63,996 nucleotides of DNA, filler included, from Octopus bimaculoides (GCF_001194135.2; 5 parts of 4 records of this genome joined end to end with filler, not necessarily neighbours in it); one strand, 5' to 3'; numbered from the whole stretch's first letter, positions 40,056 to 53,270 are shown. A program made the numbers and translations. Notes: generated by a model not told the origin, from the letters alone.

Positions 40056-40737
40056 CAAAAGATAAATGGAGCAGATTATGGAAAACATCGACAAAATTAT
40101 TGATTTTCTTTCATTTCATTCCACTGTATTGTCAGATTATCTATACTGGCTGTAGGCATGCCTGATGGCCGATTGAAGATTGTACGGAATACCGCCGTAG
40201 CTAGCAATTTAGACCTGGTACCTAAGTGAAATTTGAACTCAGAGCATAAAGAACTGGAACAGAAGGTACAAGACATCATCTCATCCGAAGCTCTAGCAAT
40301 TCTGTCAATGAACTACCCTTCTATGACACTATTTATTCCCCACCCTGAAAATTTGTAAACCAAGCTGACGTCGGTGAGATTTGAACTCAGAATGTAGTGA
40401 GACAGAACATACTGGAAGACATTCTAGCCAACATTCTTACGGCTCTACAAATTCGCAGCATTTAAATTGTTGGTTTGAGGAGAAAGAAAATGATTTTCGC
40501 AAAAGTATAAACATTATTTAATGAATCAGTTAAAGTTATGCAAAATTAATGGGCTCATCTGTGATATTAAACGTTATTTAAAGATTCATTCAATTAGAAT
40601 AATATTTTTTCATTGGGTCTCTGATCTCTCGCTTTCTCCTTAATTTATAAATTATTATTCAGTTATACGAATTTATAATTAATGGATTTCACCCAACAAT
40701 ACAAAGATTATTTAACGAATTATTAGTGAAAATAATA

Positions 40738-41564
40738 CAGGGTGTTCGGGCTAAATTTGACAGTTTTCATAAAAGGAAAAGAAAACACAATATTCCATTC
40801 AAACATAAAAGTATTAAAAACAAATTTTAAAATATCAACTACATTATGGCTGAGAGATAAAAGCTTACTTAAAATAAAAACTTCCGACACAACCTTAAGA
40901 CGGCTCCGGAACCTGACGCATGAGTTCCTCAATGTGTCCCTGGGAAGATCTTCAAACACCTTGATCTCGCCATCAATTCGGTCTTGTTGATGCAGGCAGA
41001 GTGGTTGGTGTCTTCCTCAACCGCTCCCCACGCATAGTAATGCATCGAATTGCAATCGGGCGAATCTGGAGGCCAGAAATTGGGTTGGTGAAGTTATAGA
41101 AATTCTCCAATCACTTCTGACTCTTTTCGGAGGTGTGGCAAGGATCTGAATCATGTTGCCAAACATATGACCTTCCAGCAGTGACCCTCACCAGCCAGAG
41201 TTTGATCACAGTCTCTAGCTTCACGTAGCCATCTACATTGGGCCTAGGGCCATGTCTTGTAGTTATGGGATGAGTTTGTAGTCTCCGTTACATGTCTTCT
41301 AGCCTTTACAGTGTTCATAGAGCATTGAGGAGCAGTCATGATGTCAGTATTTTGATACCCGGCGCGAATCATCATGAGACAGGTAACTCTTTTCCATTAT
41401 TCAGCTGACAAGGAGGATTGGTTTCCAATTCTCCGTATCAGCTAGCTTCTTCTCAACTACAACTATAATCTTCATGCTCTCCAACACCGCTGACTGTTCA
41501 ACAGCACATGAAAATTTCTTAAAATGGAAACATAAATATCGTCAAAATTAGCTCGGACACCCTG
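40738..41564 (-). mobile_element. Internally deleted Tc1/mariner (maT-like) transposon
   Basis: TIRs CAGGGTGTTCGGGCTAAATTT and AAAATTAGCTCGGACACCCTG, with TA on both sides. Peptide remnants SPDCNSMHYYAWGAVE and FEDLPRDTLRNSCVRFRSRL. Confidence 0.85.
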
Positions 41565-41720
41565 TATAAATTTAATGGGTCTCAGCGAAAATCGTCCCAT
41601 TCTTAAATTAAATGGAACAAGTCTGGAGTTAGCGAGAAGACCTATATGTGCTCATTGGTTTTGAGTGTAATAAAGCCACGCTTCCCTTAAATAACTTTAA
41701 ATGGTTGGTAGAAAAGAATA

Positions 41721-41955
41721 TGGCGGCAAGCTGGCAGAAACGTTAGCACGCCGGGCGAAATGCTTAGCGGGATTTCGTCTGGCACTACGTTCTGAGTTCA
41801 AATTCCGCCGAGGTCGACTTTGCCTTTCACCCTTTTGGGGTCGATAAATTAAGTACCAGATACGCACTAGGGTCGATGTAATCGACTTAATCCCTTTGTC
41901 TATCCTTGTTTGTCCCCTGTATGTTTAGCCCCTTGTGGGCAATAAAGAAATAAGA
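41721..41955 (+). mobile_element. SINE family D, young and CpG-intact
   Basis: Full consensus-like copy. Confidence 0.82.
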
Positions 41956-43725
41956 AAAGAATATGGCACATTAAATAACTTAGTTTGAGATACCATATAT
42001 CATAAAATAAGACGAGGTGGTCACGGCTACACTTGCTTTGACAAAATGTCTACTCAGTCAGAGTTGGCCTGTCTCTAAGACACAACAATAATAACAAAAG
42101 CAGCAGTAGCTGCAGTAGCAGTAGTAACAGTAATATAAAAGCTAAATATTTGATCATCTCACGTTTTTAACTAGAATAGGCGGTTATGCAAGACAGAACA
42201 AGAGTAATTTTTCAGGAAATATCAAATAGAAACGACACCAGATATACACAAACACGCTGATATATTCCTGTATTTTTCAACACAGATTTCACTTAAGCCT
42301 TTCAAACATTTCCTAATTGCATCGAAGCTACGAGTAATAGGTTAAATTGCTTTGTTGCAAATGGTGTGAAATAGCATTTAAGTGAAAACCCCCCAGAGTG
42401 GTCAACATTTGTTCTTTCAGGTTAAGTATTCTAGCTTCGTTCATAAATCTAATATTACATTAAGAGAAACTATCAGACGAGACTAAATCAACAAAAATTC
42501 CGCAATCAAGTGTTTTAGGTTATTTAGATGGAAATATCGGTTCCTGATTTGTAATACATTTTTGTTGTTATCTCAGGAAAATATGTTTATTTGTATCTCT
42601 AAAATGATTTATAACTAAAGAATTGCACGTTTTTCCTAGATATATTCTCTGATAGCTTTTACTTTCAAACACAATATCTATGTATCAGAACGAATTTAGT
42701 TAGATGGTAGAATCATAAACCAACCACAAACTTACAAATATACTCAGATATACTCACACAAATATATGTACATATACAAACACATAAGCAAACATATAAA
42801 TGTACACACACACACACACACACACACGTATGTACAAACAGATATAGAAACATACATACACATAAAAGAATTTGGATAAAATTGCAATAGAAAACCTTTT
42901 TATTGGGACAATAATTCAGAGCCAATGTTTAAGTGGATATTTGTGTTTTGATTCAGAAATTCTCTGTTTGAAATAAATGTTTTCAACTACGACAATAGGC
43001 AATACACACAAACATACATCTCAAAACAGAAGACTGAAACAATTTGGTATACATACATTCATTTATATACACAAGCATTCATATATCTATATACATATAT
43101 ACATGTATGTATAAATACCATGATATATATATATATATATATAAGCATATACATGAAACATACTTACGTACAAACAGACACACATATACATGTATATGGC
43201 ACGTACAAACAGACATATATATATATACACATGTGTATGGCACGTTCACACGCTCTAATAACAGTGTGGTAAGTAAAGCAAAAAGTAAAATTTATGCTTA
43301 GAACAACACAGATGATCAAATTCACAGCAAGACCAGCTTAAATGACCAAATTTATAATCAGAGCAATAGAAATAACTGGAATTTATAGATGGGCCAGCAT
43401 AAATGGCCAGAATAATTTTCAGACTTAGGTAAATGAACTTATTCGTAGTTTGAATGAGTTAAGTAGTTAATTCGTAGGTAAAGCAGTAAAATTAATCAGG
43501 ATTCATAGACAAACTTAAATGGTCCGATCCATTGATAAACTGGTAGAATTAATCTTAATTCATAGCCAGTATGATTCGTAATTAGACTAATATTGGTATG
43601 CATACGCACATTTACGCACACACACACACCTTTTTGTATACAGATATGCATGTATGAATATCATATACGTTTACATATACATAATACTTAATTACACACA
43701 GACACATTTATACATGCACACACAC

Positions 43726-43775
<50 letters not shown>

Positions 43776-44344
43776 TTAACTTTTAATAAATTATTTTTCT
43801 CGTAATTATGTAACGAGATTATTTTACACTGGGAAGCTGCTGTGATATCGGCACGAAACGAATCAGTAGCAGCACAAATTTCTGACGGATAGGCTGGAAA
43901 ACGCTTTCCTGGTAATGCATGCTGAAGAAGCTATGGCATATTATGCCAATGCAGAAACTAGTCCACGTAAATCCATATACTTAAATGTATGTAAGTAGAT
44001 TGCCAACCAAATTTGCCTTCGTTTGATTTCTGTAGTTATTACAAGTGTATTTTTTGGCGATTCAATAACGAGTTTTGACTGTTATTTCAAGCAGGTAGAC
44101 ATACTTATTATGTCCTTTGATTAATTTTGATTTTATATATATATCATATGTATGTATAATAACGGGATCAACATAAATGTCAAGATTCATAAATAGAGAA
44201 CAACACAAGAGACTAGTATCTTAGAACAATAGAAATGACCGAAATTGCTAGTTAGGTCACCGCAGTTGGTCAGATTCGTACTGAAACGAAGACAAATGAT
44301 GAACTTATGAAATAGCCAAACACAAAAGAAAAGAATCATATATT

Positions 44345-44735
44345 TTATCTTGTTTCAGTCATTAGACAGCGGCCATGCTGGGGCACTACCTTAAACTGAA
44401 TCGACTGCAATACTTAGGTTTGTAAAATCTTGATACTTATTCTATTGGTCTCTTTTGCTGAACCGCTAGTTTATGGAAGACGTAACTACAACAAAGGTTG
44501 CCAAGCGTTAGATGACAAACGCAAAAGCACGCATGTTCGGATGCACGCATACACACACGCACGCACACATACACACACACACATAACCTTCTTTCAGTTT
44601 TCGTCTACCAAATCGATATACAAGCCTTCGGTCGGTCCGAGGCTATAGTGTAACATATTTGCCCAAGGAGCCACGTAGTCAGTTGGATTGAACTCAGAGC
44701 AATGTGGTTGGGGAGCAACTTCTTACTACACACCT
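44345..44735 (-). mobile_element. SINE family C
   Basis: Reverse-complement copy. Confidence 0.75.
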
Positions 44736-46509
44736 ACACCTGCGTCTATCTTTTATATTTTGCTTGTTTTATTCACTGGACCGCGGCCATACTGGTACAC
44801 CACCTTGAAGGGTTTAGTCGATCAAATCGACCTATGTACTTATTTTGAAGTCTGGTACTTATTCTATGTGTCCCTTTAGCCTGGCCGCAGTGAAATACGC
44901 ACACAGAACGCAGAGATTCGGAAACAACCCGCAAGACGTCCAGTCCGATGCGCTAACGACTGCCAGTTCGTCGCCTTAATCTCCACCACTTTCTAAAACT
45001 TAACGACTGATGTCCAACATAAATTCATTAATTTGGCGGTGGATTAGCAAAGTCGCTAAACACCGGAAAAAATACCCCGTGGTACTTACTTCAAATCCCA
45101 CTGAAGTCAAAATTGACCTCCATTCCGCCGTAGGTCGAAAAAAAAAAATAATGTACCAGGCGTGACCGTGGGTGATTTAACCAACTGTTCCTTCCCTTAA
45201 CACGTTGCCTTGTGTCTATCTAATGAGAATAATTAAATTATGTACCTGCGAAAGAAACGCGCTGGTGTGTTTTTAAATGGTTTAATATGCTAGTGTCTAA
45301 CATAATGTTTACAAAGTCCAATGAAATAAGATTTAAAGAAAATACTGTAAAACTAACGACAGAATCAAATGCGAAAGAAAAACAAACTTTATAAACATTA
45401 ACGAAACTAAAATCAACAAACTATAAAAATAGAAAAAAGGCGGATATTTACAGTCAATATAATCAATTTGATTTTATTGATTTCTGGACAAAATAAATGA
45501 CGATCGGAAAAGAAATTGATTGAAATTTAAATGATGAGGTGGGGTTCAATTTTTAAAATAAAATGAGTCCGGATTTATCAATCAGTGAAGGATGTATAAC
45601 ATTTTGAAACCCACGTTAATTATCACATCTAGCCATTTAAGTATCATACTTATATCATTCATATGTATATACACTATTGAAAGCATGATGCTGTGGTTTA
45701 CGTCAGAAAAAAAAAATTATCACAAACGTGGTATGTAAAAAACGCAAAACGAGACGAATCGAAATTGTTCTAAGTGTGATGCAAGAGAATATCAGATATA
45801 TTTCGAACTTTTTGGACTTTGTCAATGACGTGTACGTACTGTCCACGTGCTTTGACGAAATTTTCCCATTTCAATATATAGGAAACAATGAATTACACAT
45901 TCACTGCTATTGTAAATAGCCATCGGGCTGAGTGAAAACCCAGTGTACACAGATGAAAAAGGATAAAATTAAAATATTTATGTTCTATACTTAACATACA
46001 AAGCAAACCACAGCAGCATGCCCTTTAACAATGTATATCCAGTATGATACATTGATAGCTATTTTATTCTAATACTGTCTGAATTGCGCACATCGGATTT
46101 TTTATTCAACCCAGCGCCTATTCGCAACAACAGTGAATGCATAATTCACTGTCTCCTATATATGGAGGGACAAATTATGTCAAGACACGTGACTAGTGGG
46201 TACTTATTATTGATAAGGCCTCAAAAGGACGAAATATTGCTGGATTTCTTGTGAATTACTACTAAGACAATTCCAATTGTAAATTACTGCTAAGACAATA
46301 TGTCTATGAAGAGATTTTATCCATAGGATGGCTATAGTATCATGGTTCTCAACAATGTATATACATTGCGTTTGATATATAGATAGCTTTTTTATTTGCT
46401 GCTGTTTCAATCGCGTACACTAAATTTATACTAATACAACTCTCTCTCTCCCTCCCTTTGCATATATGCATACATGTACATAGACATACATACAAACATA
46501 TTGATATAC

Positions 46510-46572
<63 letters not shown>

Positions 46573-46672
46573 NNNNNNNNNNNNNNNNNNNNNNNNNNNN
46601 NNNNNNNNNNNNNNNNTTAATTAATTAANNNNNNNNNNNNNNNNNNNNNNNNNNNNNNNNNNNNNNNNNNNN
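46573..46672. other. Artificial 100-bp scaffold-join spacer
   Basis: 44N-TTAATTAATTAA-44N. Confidence 0.9.
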
Positions 46673-47222
46673 ACTAGAAAATGTATTGAAAAGACTCCTA
46701 CATAGATTGCATAACTGATTTGGACCACCAAGAGCTGATAAGTTCTGATATTTATGAATATCAAAATGTCTTTTCAGGCCTCCGTTAGATTTGCAGACCT
46801 TATGGCATACATGGCATTGAAAGATGTGCACAGATATATAGGGAAAGTAGTTGGTGGAAGTTCGCTTTTCATGGGTCCGCAAATGAGATTTGAGCCCAGC
46901 ATGGTCTGTCACAAACTGTGCACACAAAAAGGTCGCTGAGATTCACCTTCTTGATTGCAACATTCTTCTTTAAACCTCTTCTGAGTCTTGCATGTGTCAT
47001 CCTGGCCTCCTCAAAAGCTTTCACTCCACTCCACACTTTTGTTCGCCATCCAGCTAGATTTGAATTAAGGGTTTCTATGGCCTTTTGATTCATTCCAAGT
47101 GAGTTCATGGTAGTCCTTATGCTGTCCTTAAACCTCTTTTTAGGTTTATACCGATTGCGCTTCCCCTCTGCAAGCTCGCCATAAGCAGCTGTTTGAGTGT
47201 GCGTTCATCCGCCAGACCATCT
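46673..47222 (-). mobile_element. RTE LINE ORF C-terminus followed by tandem C2H2 zinc-finger motifs
   Basis: KQLLYGELAEGKR...PKKRFKD...W...V..FEE.R is the typical RTE tail. It is followed by FVCTVCDRPC/(frameshift)AGLKSHLRTH, FQCHVCHKVCKSNGGLKRHFDIH and a third C-x2-C start cut by the gap. Confidence 0.8.
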
Positions 47223-47500
47223 CATTTGACTTTTAATTGAAGTGNNNNNNNNNNNNNNNNNNNNNNNNNNNNNNNNNNNNNNNNNNNNNNNNNNNNNNNN
47301 NNNNNNNNNNNNNNNNNNNNNNNNNNNNNNNNNNNNNNNNNNNNNNNNNNNNNNNNNNNNNNNNNNNNNNNNNNNNNNNNNNNNNNNNNNNNNNNNNNNN
47401 NNNNNNNNNNNNNNNNNNNNNNNNNNNNNNNAATCGTTCTAACAATCTGAAATGTCATTCATTACACGTCCATATTATTTTACATTCTGCTTTCTTTCAG

Positions 47501-47571
47501 TTCGTTTGCGTGCTTTTGGTTTGAATAAGAACTTAACAACGGTGCTGCAGTCAATGAATATATCTGTTTTT
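47501..47571 (+). CDS. CD109/TEP-like (alpha-2-macroglobulin family) exon A: (V)RLRAFGLNKNLTTVLQSMNISVF
   Basis: ttctgctttctttcAG acceptor and GTGAGT donor. Splices in frame to the exon at 48143. Resembles the MG2 segment V.FR......L......I.I before the DP motif. Confidence 0.75.
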
Positions 47572-48142
47572 GTGAGTTAATTTTTTTTTATCATTCGTTT
47601 GTGTTAATTCAAATGCCCTTCTCCAGAATTTCCTAAGCATTTCTCATGGTCTTAAAAAGTTCTGTTCAACATTTCAATATAATCGAAATCATGCTGGAAA
47701 TTGAAGATTAAAACAAATTTATTCTTTATAAATAAGAAATACAAGTCAAATCATCGCTTTCGTGACAAGGTCCAAGACACATCATAACACCCTAAAGTGT
47801 GGAAATACACTGTTGAGGAACTATTGAGCTATACTACATCTGCTAGATTCGCGTTAGGTTATATTATTTTGGTGTATAACTCAGATATAAGCAGCACACA
47901 CAAAAGAAAGCTTTCGTTTTTTTTTCTGCTTATTTCTAGCAAAAACATTTGTTTTAATATATATACTGACTTTATAGTCACTTCAGAGGTTTTGGTCTGA
48001 TTTCCTCTTCTTGACAGAACACTTAAATCTACCTGTCTCACTTAAGCAAGCTATGGGAAATAAGTATCAAATTTTCGAAACAATATAAAATACATTATCA
48101 ATTTTAATATCACTGTTTTCAATGTATTTTGTTTTGTTGTAG

Positions 48143-48194
48143 GATCCAAACGGTAATATGTTGGCAAAATGGACTGATGAGCACACTTCCTCAG
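48143..48194 (+). CDS. CD109/TEP-like exon B: DPNGNMLAKWTDEHTSS(G)
   Basis: ttttgttgtAG acceptor and AG|GTTCGT donor. DP.GN....W is the hallmark MG2 motif of A2M/TEP/CD109 proteins. Confidence 0.82.
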
Positions 48195-48635
48195 GTTCGT
48201 AAACCTGCACTTAATCTATTTAATAATTATTTAAAATGTGGGCGTTACCATTGCAAGTTAGTAAAATAAGATCCAGATTAACTGAGTTTGGAACCCAAAT
48301 TCGACTCAGAGATGCACCAATTTCACTTCACTCGCAATTCTAACCATTTCATTCTGCTCGCCTGAAAATTGAGGCCATTAGGGTTCTGCAGAAATCATTT
48401 CTATCAGCTCAAAAATATAATCCTTTATTAATAATATTATATATTGCAATGTTTAATATTTGAAAAGCAATGGAAATAACAGTTTTAGTTTGAGAGTGCG
48501 AATGTTTCATAAGAGTTCATTAATATAACTCGTTCAGCATCTCATTGCTTTGGCTTTAAATACTGTCAGTAATGTTCTTCTGTTCATCAATAGGAAGAAT
48601 GAAATATATACAATTAAATACAAAAATGATATATC

Positions 48636-48997
48636 ATCATCATCGTCGGCGTCGTTGTCGTCGTTTAACGTCTGCTTTCCATGCTGATATGGGTTGGACG
48701 GTTTGACTGAGAACTAGCAGGCCGAGAGGCTGCACCAGGCTCCAGTTTAATTTTGCAATGTAGTGGGGGCCAGTCATGCGGCACTGGCATTGGCCACGCT
48801 CGAGTGAGGCTTTTTACGTACCACCGGCACGGGTGCCAGTCAGGTGGTACTGGCATCGGATACACTCGAATGATGCCTTTTATGTGCCACCAGCATGGGT
48901 GCCAGTGAGGCTGCATTGGCATCGGCCACGCTCGAATAGTGCTTTTTACATGCCACCTGCATGGGTGCCAATCAGGGGGCACTGGCATCGGCCACAT
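48636..48997 (-). repeat. Family B element with a ~63-bp internal unit repeated about 4 times
   Basis: Unit TGGCAT(C/T)GGCCACGCTCGA...TTTTACGTGCCACC.GCACGGGTGCCAGTCAGG repeated in tandem from ~48780. Confidence 0.75.
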
Positions 48998-49035
<38 letters not shown>

Positions 49036-49049
49036 NNNNNNNNNNACAT

Positions 49050-49086
<37 letters not shown>

Positions 49087-49656
49087 CATGTAATTCTTAA
49101 ACGGATGATCGCTTAACTGACAGTCTTCGAAGTCACTGTTAATATTATTCTTGTTTAAGAATAATAAATTTCTACTTTACAAAAGTATAGAATAACTCAT
49201 CATATTAAAGTAAAATTGTTTTTTTTTTCCTTTAATTATAATTGAATATAAAACAAACAAAAACACACATACAAACATACACACACACATTCACACACGC
49301 ATGTATGTATAAGATAAAACCAGATGTTGAGATTTTGAATGCTTTCAATACAGGTGTTTCGAGTAATTATACAAGAGAGTCCTTATATAATGTCCCCCTC
49401 ATTCGAAACGTTGCAAAATATTTTCAAAAATTTTGACTGAGGAAGATAGTTTGTAAGAAATCTCTTGAGTAGTTACTAGAAATACGTGTATTAAATGCAT
49501 TTGATTTTGTCTTCCTTACAGATCCCAATACAGTCTAGCATGTTCTTGCTTCGATAACGCGTTTTTTTTTTAAGTAGCAAGGATTTAGTAGTGGAATATT
49601 TTACCGGACCCGAATGAAAAAAAGTTCTGGTAAAGTGTATTGCATCACTTTACCAG

Positions 49657-49687
<31 letters not shown>

Positions 49688-50122
49688 AGCTTGTGTGTGT
49701 GTGTGAATGCGTGTATGGGCTATCTTTTCATTGAATTGAACCTTACCATCGCAAAAGCTGTTCTTGATTTAAGATGAGCACCATTCTCTTTAGATTCGCA
49801 AAGTGTTATGAGACATTAAGAAGACGAGGAAAAAACTCCATACCACTGGATAATGGGTAACCTTTTGCACAAGTGAGTTCACTCTGGACTACGAGCCAAT
49901 GGTTAGCTTGTCAATTCTACAGCTATGTAACACTTTATAACGGTTCAATATGTTACATGTGGTACTTACGCTTAAGTGAAGTCAGTTGTTAATGCTTGTC
50001 ATTGTCACAGATACATAGGCACGGCTGGTTATGTGCCTTAACGATGGCTGTCTGAGCTATAATCGCATTTATAATCAATACCAGCGATTATACTTAGTAA
50101 AAATAATCTTTAATTGTTTCAG

Positions 50123-50196
50123 GTGTTGTTTCCAAAAGTTTCCAACTATCTGATAGACCAATTCTTGGAACGTGGTACTTCAAAATAAGTCAAGAG
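50123..50196 (+). CDS. CD109/TEP-like exon C: (G)VVSKSFQLSDRPILGTWYFKISQE
   Basis: ttaattgtttcAG acceptor and GAG|GTAAGT donor. Phase 1 joins exon B. Close to human CD109 GVISKTFQLSSHPILGDWSI (recalled). Confidence 0.88.
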
Positions 50197-50816
50197 GTAA
50201 GTTAAATTTCCCTATGTTACTGAACGTTACAGTTTCTGAGTTCAAATTACCTATGGGCAATGTCTCAGTTCAGTGATAATCAAGAGATTCTTCATCCGAT
50301 GTCTGTGACGAGATTCCTAATTACATTTGGTTATGTTAAGAGTTTTCTAGTTAGGTATTATTCTCCTTGGTTAAGTTCGTGGCAACAGTTACATTTACAT
50401 AAAACCTTTTGAATATACCTGTAAGATTTTCCTTGAACTTATCGCTGGCAAAGCTATTCATATTGTTTAAGATTGCTTAACAGTCGTCTCTGTACAGAAC
50501 TGGATATATAGGATAAATAATCCGATTAGGTCGGCGACTTCATCCCTGTTGTGGCTCTCCGTGGATACGTCGAGCAGTGGGCATGCTGATCCTGCCTCTT
50601 TTAATCAGTAAGCATTATCATAGAAGAGAGGTTACTTCCTAGTTTTCAGAATTATTCTAATATCGTTGTTCTTGGTTCCAATGAATTGTATTTCGAAGTC
50701 TAGGGTTTTCAAGAGGAGGGGGTCTTGATACGGAAGTGTAGAAATATAGATATTAAACTGATTGAATCTACAAGCTGCTTTCACCTTCGTGGATAGGCTA
50801 TGCTATACATTGTATA

Positions 50817-50859
<43 letters not shown>

Positions 50860-50870
<11 letters not shown>

Positions 50871-51032
50871 GAGAATGTGTGTCTGTCTGTCTGTCTGTCT
50901 GAATCTCTAAAACTCGAGAACTACGCAACCAATTTCATTCAAATTTTACAGATGCCTTACTTAGGGTTCCAGTTGTGTTTTAGTCAAAAAACATTTTAAC
51001 TTCTTGCAGAGTTCGAGCCCACGGCAACATAA
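50860..51032 (+). mobile_element. Second copy of the same Helitron-like element, cut by a gap
   Basis: Near-identical to 28273-28480, apart from a short insertion before CAGAGTTCGAGCCC. Confidence 0.65.
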
Positions 51033-51132
51033 NNNNNNNNNNNNNNNNNNNNNNNNNNNNNNNNNNNNNNNNNNNNTTAATTAATTAANNNNNNNNNNNN
51101 NNNNNNNNNNNNNNNNNNNNNNNNNNNNNNNN
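51033..51132. other. Artificial 100-bp scaffold-join spacer
   Basis: 44N-TTAATTAATTAA-44N. Confidence 0.9.
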
Positions 51133-51215
51133 ATACATATATATACACAATATACACAAATATACACATACATGTATACATACATACATATATATAAATA
51201 CACGCACATACACAC

Positions 51216-51254
<39 letters not shown>

Positions 51255-51858
51255 AATACATACGTACATACATACATTCACAATATGTAGATAGATAGAG
51301 AGGGGGAGAGAGATCGCTGTCCTTATACTTATGTGTATGTATGTATGTATGTACTACGTACGTAGGAATGTATGTATATATGTGTGTATGTATGTATGTA
51401 TGGCGACAGCTGTCTAGATGCGCGTGTCTCTGAGTGGGAAAGGTGACGTCATGACACAAGGCTGGAGATTGTGTGTTCTTCTCAGTGTGTATGCATGTAT
51501 GTATGTATGTATGTATAAATGTATGTGTGTCTTGGTATGTGGTAGTGTGGACAATGTATGTATTTGTGTGCCCAGTGAGACGAATGTGTCAGTATATGAA
51601 CGTGTGTGTGTGTGTACCTTCATATGTTCGAAAGGTGACGTCATATAACATTGGCGCGCGCGTGCGTGTGCATGTGTTTGTGTCTACATGTGTGACGGCG
51701 TGGCGTTTGTATGTTATGTGTATGAGCGGCTATGGTAATACGATGTGTATGTGTGTGTGTGTGTGTGTATGTTGCGTGTTAGGGAGGGAAGCTATGGAAA
51801 CATGGTGTGTGTGTATATGTGTGTAAGAGAGAAAGGTGACGTCATATCACTGGAGCGC

Positions 51859-51889
<31 letters not shown>

Positions 51890-52330
51890 TGTGTGAGGCT
51901 ATAGCAACATGGTGTTTTTCTTTCTTTTTTTTTTTTTTCCTTATTTTGTTGACGGAATGGTATGTGTGTATGAATGTGTATGGGACTTTCGCAGAATCGT
52001 GTGTGTGCGTGCGTGTGAGTGTGTATACGGGTAAGAGAGAGAGATAGAGAGGTGACGTCATACCAAACTGGCGCGCGCGCGCGTGTATGTGTGTATGTAT
52101 GTGTGTGTGTGTGTGTGNNNNNNNNNNTTTCCTTATTTTGTTGACGGAATGGTATGTGTGTATGAATGTGTATGGGACTTTCGCAGAATCGTGTGTGTGC
52201 GTGCGTGTGAGTGTGTATACGGGTAAGAGAGAGAGATAGAGAGGTGACGTCATACCAAACTGGCGCGCGCGCGCGTGTATGTGTGTATGTATGTGTGTGT
52301 GTGTGTGTGGCTATGACAACACGGGTGTGA

Positions 52331-52382
<52 letters not shown>

Positions 52383-52728
52383 AAGGCAGACTGACAGACA
52401 GACAGACAATCAGACCGATAGTAAGCGAAAGGCTGGTGACGTCATATATCAGTGATGGTATGTGTATGTACTTGTGGATGGTGGTGTTTAGAGTATGCGT
52501 GTATACTTGGGTGTATGTATATGTGTGTGTGTGTGTGTGTGTTGTACTGTGGCATGTTGAATGTGTATGCGTCCTGGTGTGCATGTGTGCGCGTGTGTAT
52601 GTGTGTACGATGGCATGCATGTGTTACGCCTGTGAGTGTGTACGTGTGTGACAGTATAAATGTGACAGAGAAGTGTGTATATAGGTGTATGTCTGACTGT
52701 ATATGGGACAGAATTGTGTATGCGTGTT

Positions 52729-52759
<31 letters not shown>

Positions 52760-53270
52760 TGTGTGGTTGTTGTGTAAGGCAGAGAGAGGAAGAGATGTGT
52801 ATTTGCGTGTGTGTGTGTGTGTGTGTTGTAAATGAGATATGTAATTATGTACTGTATTTGTAAGTGCTTGTGTGTTTGACAGAGACAGAGAGAGATGTAT
52901 GTGTGACTGCGTGTCTGGAAGAGGTAGAGAGGGGAGGGTAACGGAGAGGGAGAGACGTGTATGACTGAATGAGAGAGAAGGATGTGTGTTTGTACGAAAG
53001 AGAGAGAATGTATGTGTGTACAAGAGAGAGAGAGAGAGAGAGAGATGTGTACATATGCATGTATGACTACGTACGAGGTAGGAAAGCCGAGAAGTGTGTG
53101 TAGGTGTGCATTCATGTATGAAAGAGAAAGAGCGATAGACTTTATGTATGGGAGAGGAGAGAGATAGGTGCAAAAGTATGTGTGACTATACATGATCAGC
53201 AAGAGCAAGTGTGTATTCTAGTGTGTGTGAATAAGAAAGAAAGGAAGGAAGAAAGAAAGAAAGAAAGAAA
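51133..53270. repeat. Compound microsatellite block (TA, TG, GC, GA, TATG) with a ~200-bp higher-order unit
   Basis: GGTGACGTCAT recurs six times. Two units flanking the 52118 gap are identical. Confidence 0.88.

Noticed and set aside
51414-53208. Long ORFs of 100-257 aa (HTHT/CVCV/LSLS)
   Set aside because: Products of dinucleotide repeats that lack stop codons.
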